A stretch of 64,000 nt of DNA from a virus. Below the pieces are notes generated by a model. It searched no databases, was not told where the DNA came from, and saw nothing but the letters and a program-made list of their open reading frames with translations. Of this stretch, positions 1 through 7,628 are shown in pieces. Where the stretch lies: the IMG/VR virus record IMGVR_UViG_3300020420_000721, positions 1 to 64,000 of that record. The stretch is one strand, 5' to 3'. A program made the position numbers and the translations under genes. Numbering within the stretch: position 1 is the stretch's first letter; each line of letters opens with the position of its first letter.

Positions 1-237
1 TATTACTTCTTTGAACTTTTCATCTAACACAGGCATCTTTTTAAATAGTGTATCAATATCACATACTGCTTGAATGTTATTACTTGTATCAGTCCATTTT
101 ATTCTATGGGCAGACTGAAATTGTAGTAAAAGAATTTGTTCTACCTCTTCTTGTGAAAAGAAATTGTTGATAAGTTCAGCTGGTTTGAAATTATCAATAA
201 TATCCTGTCTATGATTACTACAATTTTCTTTATACAT
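1..237 (-). CDS. Hypothetical protein, truncated by window edge; possible 2OG-Fe(II) oxygenase-like N-terminus
   Basis: Read by hand: ATG at 237 overlaps the sufS end; MYKENCSNHRQDIIDNFKPAELINNFFSQEEVEQILL... stays open to base 1; INNFFSQEE resembles 2OG oxygenase N-termini. Confidence 0.55.
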   Translation of the reverse strand, partial: MYKENCSNHRQDIIDNFKPAELINNFFSQEEVEQILLLQFQSAHRIKWTDTSNNIQAVCDIDTLFKKMPVLDEKFKEVI

Positions 238-1468
238 TTTTTAAAATTTTTACTGATTTTTTTAGTGCATCAATAAATTTATCGATGTCTTCTTTTGTAT
301 TATGTATACCAACACTTGCTCTAATTGTAGGTGGAATATCCAGGTAAGTATGTAGTGGTTGAGCACAATGTTGTCCTGCTCTTACACATACCCCGAATGT
401 ATTCATTAGTGTTGCAAGGTCAATACTATTTACTTCTTTGATATAGAAACTTTGTAAACTACCCTTTGATTCACCTTTTCCTATGAATACTATATATGGT
501 AATTCACCTAATCTTGTACATAAGTATTTTAATAAAGCCCTATCATGTTTAACAATAATATCCATACCAATATTTAATAAGTATTCAACTGCCGAACCAA
601 ATGCTATTGTTTCTGCAATAGGAGGAGTACCAGCTTCAAATTTAATTGGATAAGGTTTAAATATATATCCACTAGAACTTACTTCTGCTACTGCACCTCC
701 ACCAAGTCTCATGGGTTCCATTTCTTCTAAAAGATCTGGTTTGCCATACATAAACCCGACTCCACTTGGACCATATAACTTATGTGAACTTGCTACATAA
801 AAGTCGCAATCCAACTTTTGAACATCAACCTTATAATGTACTGCACCTTGACATCCATCAATTACTGTTATAGAATTAAATTCTTTTGCTTTCCTACATA
901 TTTCAAATACTGGAAATGCTGTTCCTAAAACATTTGAAACGTGAGATATTGCAACAATCTTTGTTCGTTTATCAATAAGTTCTTCAAAATGTTTATAGTC
1001 TAGTGTTCCATTGGCATCTACTTTTACGTATCTTAATTCAGCTTTACTAAATTCACATAATCTTTGCCAAGGAATTAAATTAGCATGGTGTTCTGCAATA
1101 CTAATTACTATATTATCTCCCTCTTCGATTCTATGTCGTAATCCATAGCTAATAAAATTAATTGATTCTGTTGCACCTGAAGTAAAGACTACTGTATTTG
1201 GATCTTCTGCATTAATAAATCTTGCTACTTTTATTCTAGCTTCTTCAATTCCGTTTGTGCTTTTAACACTTAGATCATGAACACCACTATGAATGTTACT
1301 GTAATATTTTGTATAGGCTTCATTAAGTTTATCTAGAACAACCTTTGGCTTTTGTGAACTCGCGGCTGTATCAAGATATACTAAAGGCTTTTCCTGTTGA
1401 TTTATAATAGGAAACTCCTGTTTAATATTTTCTAATTCAATTTTGTCTGTGTTAAATTTTACTTTCAT
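230..1468 (-). CDS. sufS: Cysteine desulfurase, SufS type
   Basis: YLDTAASSQKP, EHHAN, SSHKLYGPSGVG (PLP Lys), EAGTP, RAGQHCAQP (catalytic Cys); start moved to 1468 because the track start lies inside tRNA-Ser. Confidence 0.95.
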   Translation of the reverse strand: MKVKFNTDKIELENIKQEFPIINQQEKPLVYLDTAASSQKPKVVLDKLNEAYTKYYSNIHSGVHDLSVKSTNGIEEARIKVARFINAEDPNTVVFTSGATESINFISYGLRHRIEEGDNIVISIAEHHANLIPWQRLCEFSKAELRYVKVDANGTLDYKHFEELIDKRTKIVAISHVSNVLGTAFPVFEICRKAKEFNSITVIDGCQGAVHYKVDVQKLDCDFYVASSHKLYGPSGVGFMYGKPDLLEEMEPMRLGGGAVAEVSSSGYIFKPYPIKFEAGTPPIAETIAFGSAVEYLLNIGMDIIVKHDRALLKYLCTRLGELPYIVFIGKGESKGSLQSFYIKEVNSIDLATLMNTFGVCVRAGQHCAQPLHTYLDIPPTIRASVGIHNTKEDIDKFIDALKKSVKILKNV

Positions 1469-1482
1469 AACATTTCCGTAAA

Positions 1483-1572
1483 TGGCGGAGGGAGTGAGAT
1501 TCGAACTCACGAAAGAGTTGCCCCTTTGCCGGTTTTCAAGACCGGTGCTTTCAACCGCTCAGCCATCCCTCC
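1483..1572 (-). tRNA. tRNA-Ser (anticodon UGA)
   Basis: GGAGGGA acceptor stem, loop CTTGAAA, long variable arm, TTCGAAT, encoded CCA. Confidence 0.95.
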
Positions 1573-1585
1573 TTAAGTTCTGTAG

Positions 1586-1660
1586 TGGAGCGGGCGAACA
1601 GGTTCGAACTGTCGACCCTCTCGTTGGCAACGAGATGCTCTACCACTGAGCTACGCCCGC
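1586..1660 (-). tRNA. tRNA-Gly (GCC)
   Basis: GCGGGCG acceptor stem, loop TTGCCAA, TTCGAAC, TCCA end. Confidence 0.95.
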
Positions 1661-1677
1661 CTTTATTGTTGTGGTAT

Positions 1678-2112
1678 TTATTGTCCGTAACTGTCTAGTA
1701 GGACTTTAAGTTTCTTTTTACTCTTACCTACCATTTTTGTCTTATAGGCATCTTCTATATTTGATATGTCATCTCCTACAATAACTACGCCTATCATACC
1801 CATTGCTTTATGAGGAGTACACCAATATACGTATACACCTGGTACTTCAAATGTATATGAATATTCTTTATTCATTTTACTTTTCTTAATTTTATCTACA
1901 CCTTCAGGTACAGTTTTAAACTCTACATTATGACCTTTTGATGTTGGTAACCAAGTAATTGTATCACCTACTTGTATATCTACTAGCTCTTCGCTATAAA
2001 TCATTTTGTTACCTTTATCATCTTTGTTTAACATTTCAATTTGTATATCTGCAAATGCTTGAGCTGAAATAGTAAACATCGAAAAAATAATTGCAGTTAG
2101 TAATATTTTCAT
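1678..2112 (-). CDS. Pseudoazurin (periplasmic type-1 blue copper protein)
   Basis: Signal peptide; MLNK, GDTITW, GHNVEF, CTPH-x4-M copper ligands. Confidence 0.9.
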   Translation of the reverse strand: MKILLTAIIFSMFTISAQAFADIQIEMLNKDDKGNKMIYSEELVDIQVGDTITWLPTSKGHNVEFKTVPEGVDKIKKSKMNKEYSYTFEVPGVYVYWCTPHKAMGMIGVVIVGDDISNIEDAYKTKMVGKSKKKLKVLLDSYGQ

Positions 2113-2131
2113 ATTGTATTCTTTCCTAGTT

Positions 2132-2207
2132 TGGTAGTCCGTAGGGGAATCGAACCCCTCTTTTCGCCGTGAAAGGGCGATGTCCTGAACCGATAGACGA
2201 ACGGACC
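2132..2207 (-). tRNA. tRNA-Glu (UUC)
   Basis: Cloverleaf, loop CTTTCAC, TTCGATT, encoded CCA. Confidence 0.93.
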
Positions 2208-2210
2208 ATA

Positions 2211-2287
2211 TGGCGAGAGTGAAGGGACTCGAACCCTCGGCCTTCTGCGTGACAGGCAGACGCTCTAACCAACTGAGCTACACCCCC
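2211..2287 (-). tRNA. tRNA-Asp (GUC)
   Basis: Cloverleaf, loop CTGTCAC, TTCGAGT, encoded CCA. Confidence 0.95.
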
Positions 2288-2300
2288 TTCTATTAGTGAA

Positions 2301-2693
2301 CTATTCGTGTTCACCACCTGGATCGTTTTTATCTAACGGAACTCTGTAGGGATTACCGTTTTTATCTCGGTAAATCACATACCCTCTACCTCTACCATAA
2401 GAATGATAGGTTCCAAACAACCAGGGTTTATGTTCTGCTACTTTAAATGTTGCTACTGTAATTACAGTTGCCGCAACCAATAGCACGTGTGCAAGAGCAC
2501 TTACTCCAAATGCCCATACACTTTCTGCGATCATAATCGCAAATACTGCTGACCACATGAATGCTAAAACCTGCATCACCATGTGTCTTACTTGCATATC
2601 AGGGATATGCCTTAACGGATTAACTTCCGAATTCATTACATGATTCCAACAATCATATATAAATTTACGTAATGTATACATAGAGTACTCCAT
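2301..2693 (-). CDS. Hypothetical membrane protein (two TM helices)
   Basis: Two hydrophobic segments; consensus promoter and AAGGA upstream. Confidence 0.75.
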   Translation of the reverse strand: MEYSMYTLRKFIYDCWNHVMNSEVNPLRHIPDMQVRHMVMQVLAFMWSAVFAIMIAESVWAFGVSALAHVLLVAATVITVATFKVAEHKPWLFGTYHSYGRGRGYVIYRDKNGNPYRVPLDKNDPGGEHE

Positions 2694-2710
2694 ATTCTTA
2701 ATATCCTTGT

Positions 2711-2739
2711 ATTATACGTTAACAAACCCATTTTGTCAA
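2711..2739 (-). promoter_or_regulatory. Sigma70-type promoter
   Basis: TTGACA-N17-TATAAT perfect consensus. Confidence 0.85.
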
Positions 2740-2745
2740 CGAAAG

Positions 2746-2772
2746 AAAAAGGAAAGTTTAGAGACTTTTCCT
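2746..2772 (-). terminator. Probable intrinsic terminator after tRNA-Ala
   Basis: AGGAAAAG..CTTTCCT stem followed by a U-tract. Confidence 0.5.
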
Positions 2773-2784
2773 AGGTCTTAATTT

Positions 2785-2860
2785 TGGTGGAGGATAGCGG
2801 GATCGAACCGCTGACCTCCTGAATGCAAATCAGGCGCTCTCCCAGCTGAGCTAATCCCCC
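2785..2860 (-). tRNA. tRNA-Ala (UGC)
   Basis: GGGGGAT acceptor with G3:U70, loop TTTGCAT, encoded CCA. Confidence 0.95.
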
Positions 2861-2866
2861 AAGTTT

Positions 2867-3079
2867 TTATTTTATTTCAGCACCAAAATACTTTTCCAGT
2901 ACTTCTAACTGGTCATGAAATTCAGCAATTTTCATTACTTCCTTTTCGACAGTTTCAATAATATCAGAATGCTCACCTATACCTGCGGGATTAGTGAGAT
3001 ATATTTCAACATTCTGTTTATGTTTACTGATCTGTCCTTTTGCATGATCGACTAGTGCTTGTAACATTTCTTTTCTCAT
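2867..3079 (-). CDS. Small phage hypothetical protein (GIGEH motif)
   Basis: 70 aa helical ORF with NPAGIGEH. Confidence 0.75.
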   Translation of the reverse strand: MRKEMLQALVDHAKGQISKHKQNVEIYLTNPAGIGEHSDIIETVEKEVMKIAEFHDQLEVLEKYFGAEIK

Positions 3080-3232
3080 TTTATAACTTTTCTTCTCTAA
3101 TTTAGTTTGTTTGTGTATGTCCTAATATAGTGTCCTGACACCAAGTCCTATTTTGTACCACCTGTATTCGGTTATACAGGGCAGGAATCTCCTATGTGTT
3201 GTCTACTTTCATTGTTTCGACCTTGTTATAAA

Positions 3233-3317
3233 TGGTGCCCTCGAAGAGACTCGAACTCTTACGCCGTGAAGCACAGGTTCCTAAGACCTGCGTGTCTACC
3301 AATTCCACCACAAGGGC
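3233..3317 (-). tRNA. tRNA-Leu (UAG)
   Basis: Loop CTTAGGA, long variable arm, encoded CCA. Confidence 0.93.
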
Positions 3318-3323
3318 ATTAAA

Positions 3324-3399
3324 TGGTGCTGGCACCAAGATTCGAACTCGGGACCTACTGATTACAAATCAGTTGCTCTACCAGCTGAGCTATGCCAGC
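3324..3399 (-). tRNA. tRNA-Thr (UGU)
   Basis: GCTGGCA acceptor, loop TTTGTAA, encoded CCA. Confidence 0.95.
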
Positions 3400-3418
3400 A
3401 TCTGCTCCTTATAATGTA

Positions 3419-3447
3419 ACAATAGCAAACAATAGAAAAGGTGTCAA
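3419..3447 (-). promoter_or_regulatory. Sigma70-type promoter of the tRNA cluster
   Basis: TTGACA-N17-TATTGT about 20 nt upstream of tRNA-Thr. Confidence 0.7.
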
Positions 3448-3483
3448 CCTATTTTATTATCTGCTACGTTATTTATCTTGAGC

Positions 3484-4014
3484 TTAATGTACGACGTGAA
3501 CATTAACTTTGACAATTACTTCATCGCCAACGTCAAAATGTTTCTTAGTATTAAATTGAACGTGCATTCCGTTATAGTCTACATAAACTGTATAATGTTG
3601 AACGTACTGCTCTTCCTGATTCGTATATGTTGTTGTACACTTGTTAACTCTTTCATACCCAATGATCTCAGTATTAGAATTTTTATTCTTCTGATGTTCA
3701 TTTGCTAGTACGCCACCAACTACTGCACCTACTGTGCCTGCACCTGATGCTCCGCTAACTTTATTTCCTACAACACTACCCAATACACTTCCAATGATTA
3801 TTGATCCAAGATCATCACCACCTTTAGTTCTTTTATATATGGGTACATCAACTTCTGTACAAGTCTTATTAGGAGTTGATACTGTCTTCGTAGTTACAAA
3901 AGGAACAACCTTATATACTGTTGCTACCTTCTGATATGCTTGGCTACCACCGGCAAACGCCGCTGTCGTAGATAGCATTCCTGCCACAATCGCGGCAATC
4001 GCTAGTTTCTTCAT
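3484..4014 (-). CDS. Glycine-zipper 2TM exported protein (YcfJ-like)
   Basis: Signal peptide, GxxxG zipper flanked by a Cys pair, C-terminal beta domain; GGAGG RBS. Confidence 0.8.
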   Translation of the reverse strand: MKKLAIAAIVAGMLSTTAAFAGGSQAYQKVATVYKVVPFVTTKTVSTPNKTCTEVDVPIYKRTKGGDDLGSIIIGSVLGSVVGNKVSGASGAGTVGAVVGGVLANEHQKNKNSNTEIIGYERVNKCTTTYTNQEEQYVQHYTVYVDYNGMHVQFNTKKHFDVGDEVIVKVNVHVVH

Positions 4015-4033
4015 TTTAACCCTCCTAGGTTAG

Positions 4034-4321
4034 TTATGTTAACTCTGGAAACATACGTTTAACGTAATTATGTACGATAATCTTAGTTTCCTGGTTCGCT
4101 TGAGCGCCTTTAGACTTTGGGGCTTCTACTCCTTGTGTAAAGATTTCTCCTTTTGCAAGTCTTAGTAATTCCCTTTTATTAAGTCTCTGGACGCCATCAA
4201 GTGTCACCTGTTCATTTACAATAGCACTTAAAACATATTCGGCAATATCTGAATGTTCCATAGGAATTTCAATTTTCGCATTTATACGTTTTGTACCATC
4301 GTTATATATTTGTGCTCTCAT
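4034..4321 (-). CDS. Hypothetical protein
   Basis: 95 aa ORF with its own promoter and a cUUCGg leader hairpin. Confidence 0.7.
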   Translation of the reverse strand: MRAQIYNDGTKRINAKIEIPMEHSDIAEYVLSAIVNEQVTLDGVQRLNKRELLRLAKGEIFTQGVEAPKSKGAQANQETKIIVHNYVKRMFPELT

Positions 4322-4376
4322 TTTACACCGTTCCAGTTAATGTATACCGAAGTATACTTTGTTTACCAATATACTT

Positions 4377-4418
4377 ACAATAACATATCTAGCCATAATG
4401 TCAAGTAAAATATCTTAC
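4377..4418 (-). promoter_or_regulatory. Sigma70 promoter with adjacent operator-like palindrome
   Basis: TTGACA-N16-TATTGT (TGn extended -10); GTAAAA-TA-TCTTAC at 4405-4418. Confidence 0.6.
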
Positions 4419-4423
4419 TTTTT

Positions 4424-5632
4424 TTACAAATTATTGATTCTGTTCTGAAAGTCAGTAAAATCGGCACTTTCTGAGACTATTTGCTTCAATTCTTCAAGAG
4501 AAATAGCTGAAAGTGTAGGGTCTATTCGGGCTGAATTCTGTGCAGGAAGGGTAGAAGTTGTTACTGGATCACCAGAACTTGTTACTTCTGCTACTGCTTC
4601 TTCAGTAAATCCTATAGGTTTTCCACAATAATCATATACTGTAGTTCTTTCTGTTGGAGTTACTGTATTATCATCTTGGGCTTCTAGTTTAGCAATTAAT
4701 TCTGGCTCTAGTAAATAGTACCAAATATTATTACCATTTTCATCTACTTCATATGCTTTAAGTTGTGGATATAATGTTCTTAGTTGTGATCCAACACTAT
4801 TAGCATCTGATAAAGTTAATCCATCTACTGGAGTAATTAATCCAACATCGGTATTAACTCTGTTTACCGGAGTAAAAATACTACCACCATGATTATTTGC
4901 TGAACTAAAGTTACGTTCAAGATCCATTAAATTTCTTAAATCAGTTACTGACTGATCTAAGTTTAGTTTTATTCTATTTAATTCTTGTTGTATATCTGTA
5001 ATATTACTGTTAAGGATATTATCCCAAACATCTCCAATATCTTTTAGAGCTCCGCCTTGAAAGATTCCAAAGTTTACTCCACCGTCGCCGCCGATACAAC
5101 CTCCGACATCACTATCTAACATTGTTCCAATTCCATCTAAAATGTCTTTTCCGTTTCCGGTAAAACTACCAAACGCCTGACGTAAAACATTTGGAATTGG
5201 TTTTGGATTAATTGGCGTTGCACAGAAATTAATTAAGTTTGATATTGTAGCAATATCACTCATTATTTTATTTAATCTGTTAAATGCTTCATCAATACCA
5301 GTATGCTCCATGAATTCATCCATTGCTTTATTGGCTTCTTCAAGAGCTCCATATAATTCTCCAAGTTCATCTTTTAATCCGTTTTCACTAATTGTTTCCA
5401 ACAGTCTATTTAAATTCACTTTAATACATACTTGCAAATTTCCTAATTTCAAACCATTACCGGCTAAAAGACTACATATTAATTCTTTTAGTGTAATACT
5501 TGATTTCTGAACTTGTACTGGATTGTCTTTATCTGTAGGATCTATATCAACATTAGTTGGCACCTCAATAGTTGTTCTATCAAGATACTCATTAACGTCT
5601 TTTAGTCCGCCTATAAATTCATCTGTTGCCAT
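4424..5632 (-). CDS. Hypothetical protein, probably virion-associated
   Basis: 402 aa directly downstream of PAAR; no catalytic motif recognised. Confidence 0.6.
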   Translation of the reverse strand: MATDEFIGGLKDVNEYLDRTTIEVPTNVDIDPTDKDNPVQVQKSSITLKELICSLLAGNGLKLGNLQVCIKVNLNRLLETISENGLKDELGELYGALEEANKAMDEFMEHTGIDEAFNRLNKIMSDIATISNLINFCATPINPKPIPNVLRQAFGSFTGNGKDILDGIGTMLDSDVGGCIGGDGGVNFGIFQGGALKDIGDVWDNILNSNITDIQQELNRIKLNLDQSVTDLRNLMDLERNFSSANNHGGSIFTPVNRVNTDVGLITPVDGLTLSDANSVGSQLRTLYPQLKAYEVDENGNNIWYYLLEPELIAKLEAQDDNTVTPTERTTVYDYCGKPIGFTEEAVAEVTSSGDPVTTSTLPAQNSARIDPTLSAISLEELKQIVSESADFTDFQNRINNL

Positions 5633-5643
5633 AATAATTAATC

Positions 5644-5937
5644 TTATTCAAATGCAAAAACATTTTCGCTACCCTGAGTAGCATCTGGACCACAATGATG
5701 AACTGGCAATGGACATAAATTATCTGCACTTGCTGTACTTCCATTTACAACCATTTCTCTACCAGCCACAAAAACTGTACCTGGATTAATACTAGCATCT
5801 AAAGATCCACCACCGTGTGAATTTGGATCTCCTTGTACTGATACTAATTTATCATTCACATAGACTGTTTGATTGCCTGCGACCTGTGTCACGGCTCCAC
5901 ATTTTCTTTCGTCTGTGTTTCTATGTACTCCTGGCAT
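5644..5937 (-). CDS. PAAR spike-tip protein (gp5.4-like)
   Basis: MPGVHRNTD..CG, TVYVND, GD..SHGGG, HHC..ATQGSENVF. Confidence 0.85.
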   Translation of the reverse strand: MPGVHRNTDERKCGAVTQVAGNQTVYVNDKLVSVQGDPNSHGGGSLDASINPGTVFVAGREMVVNGSTASADNLCPLPVHHCGPDATQGSENVFAFE

Positions 5938-6230
5938 TATTTCGCTACTGTTAGTCCTGTTGTTGCTTTTATATACATATCCGACGCATCTTTCGCCGTT
6001 TTAACTATACATATAATAGTATTTAGCTTCAACTCGAACTTCGCATCTGGTGCGACAGTAAACATAAATGGCGCTAATCCAGGACCTTTTTGGCCTGCTA
6101 CTAGCATAAATGGTTTTTTGACTATAATTGCGTCATCTTTTATTTCGTCTAGACGTGCTACCATCTCTTCACCACTTGAAATTTTGATGGAGATTGTATC
6201 GCCTACACTATAAGGTGTTTCTATTAACAT
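5937..6230 (-). CDS. Sm-like domain protein
   Basis: ISIKISSGEEMVARL...IIVKKPF resembles the Sm1 motif; 97 aa. Confidence 0.55.
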   Translation of the reverse strand: MLIETPYSVGDTISIKISSGEEMVARLDEIKDDAIIVKKPFMLVAGQKGPGLAPFMFTVAPDAKFELKLNTIICIVKTAKDASDMYIKATTGLTVAK

Positions 6231-6487
6231 TATAAAGTATATCCTGTTCCGTTAAAATTGTTATCTTCAATGTATTTTACTAGTTCATTATATCCACCAA
6301 TATTAGTTCCGTTAATAACAATTTGTGGAAATGTTCTAGCATTTGGAAACGTTTCTAGCATAAACTCTCTGTCAAAGTCTGGGCCTAATATTTTTTCTTT
6401 ATATTTTACGCCTAGTTTGTCTAATGTCATTTTTGCTCTTACACAATAGCCACACTGTGGCTTAGAATAAATTTGTACATCTAACAT
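6230..6487 (-). CDS. nrdC: Glutaredoxin
   Basis: CGYC, RTFPQI, IGGY; coupled to nrdB. Confidence 0.92.
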   Translation of the reverse strand: MLDVQIYSKPQCGYCVRAKMTLDKLGVKYKEKILGPDFDREFMLETFPNARTFPQIVINGTNIGGYNELVKYIEDNNFNGTGYTL

Positions 6488-7614
6488 TAGAGTTCAAACC
6501 CTTTAAACGTTTCTTTATTTACATCTTGTTTTACTCCACCCTGAACGTAAGAAGTTATTTCAGTTTCTTGTGGAGCAACCTGCACTTCAGCACCTGAGAT
6601 CCATTTTTGAGTCCAAGGTAGTGGGTTTGCTTGAGGTACGTCATAAGGACATTTTAATCCCAGAGCTGTCATTCTTTTACAAGCGATCCATTCAATATAT
6701 TGATTTAATAAATCTACATTAAGACCAATCATTGAACCATCTTTGAACAAATACTCTGCCCACTGCTTCTCCTGTTCAACTGCATCTACAAACATCTGTA
6801 ATACTTCTGGTGCACATTCTTTTGATATTTTATCAAAATCAGGATCTTCTTTAGTTAATATTTTAGAGATCATATATTGTGTTGAAGCTAGATGCACGTT
6901 TTCATCACGAGCAATTAGTTTAATAATCTTTGCGTTTCCTTCCATTTTCTTAAGTTCTGCAAATGCCCAAGAACAGGCAAATGAAACATAAAAACGAACG
7001 CCTTCTAATATGTTAACACTATTCAATGTTAACCAAATCTTTTTCTTTAATTCATATTTACTGATTTCAACTGTTTTACCATTTACTGTATGTGTTCCTT
7101 CACCTAGTAATTGGTAGTATTGTTGATACTCAATTAGATCGTCATAATATTTAGAAATATCTCCTGCACAATCTAAAATTTCTTTACTATCCATTAATTG
7201 ATCAAATACAATACTTGGATTACTATATACGTTTCTGATAATATGTGTGTATGAACGACTGTGAATTGTTTCACTAAATGCCCAAGTTTCTACCCAAGTC
7301 TCTACTTCAGGAAGAGTGATAATTGGTAAAAAAGCTAGATTAGGTGAACGTCCTTGAACACTGTCTAATAAAATCTGTCTTTTTAAGTTTGAAGTAAAAA
7401 CGTGTTGTTCTGAATCTGTAAGATCTTTAAAATCTTTTGCATCTTTATATACGTCTACTTCTTCAGGTCTCCAAAAGAAACCTAGTTGTTTATCAGTTAG
7501 TTTCTCAAACTGTTTATATCTAACCAAGTCATAACGTTGCATACCTAAATGTTCGTCAAGAAAGGTATTGCTTTGTGTATGGTGTTTTGTGTTTTCTGTA
7601 TTAAGTACTGTCAT
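6487..7614 (-). CDS. nrdB: Ribonucleotide reductase class Ia beta subunit
   Basis: FFWRPEE, LDSVQ, ETIHSRSY, EGVRFY, DENVH, QETEITSY. Confidence 0.97.
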   Translation of the reverse strand: MTVLNTENTKHHTQSNTFLDEHLGMQRYDLVRYKQFEKLTDKQLGFFWRPEEVDVYKDAKDFKDLTDSEQHVFTSNLKRQILLDSVQGRSPNLAFLPIITLPEVETWVETWAFSETIHSRSYTHIIRNVYSNPSIVFDQLMDSKEILDCAGDISKYYDDLIEYQQYYQLLGEGTHTVNGKTVEISKYELKKKIWLTLNSVNILEGVRFYVSFACSWAFAELKKMEGNAKIIKLIARDENVHLASTQYMISKILTKEDPDFDKISKECAPEVLQMFVDAVEQEKQWAEYLFKDGSMIGLNVDLLNQYIEWIACKRMTALGLKCPYDVPQANPLPWTQKWISGAEVQVAPQETEITSYVQGGVKQDVNKETFKGFEL

Positions 7615-7628
7615 TTTCCTCTTCCTTT

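Noticed and set aside
1483-1572. tRNA with UGA anticodon as suppressor or selenocysteine tRNA
   Set aside because: Anticodon 5'-UGA-3' reads UCA (Ser); an opal suppressor or tRNA-Sec needs UCA. Likewise Leu-UAG reads CUA.
2126-3414. Track ORFs 2126-2317 and 3232-3414
   Set aside because: They overlap tRNA genes entirely
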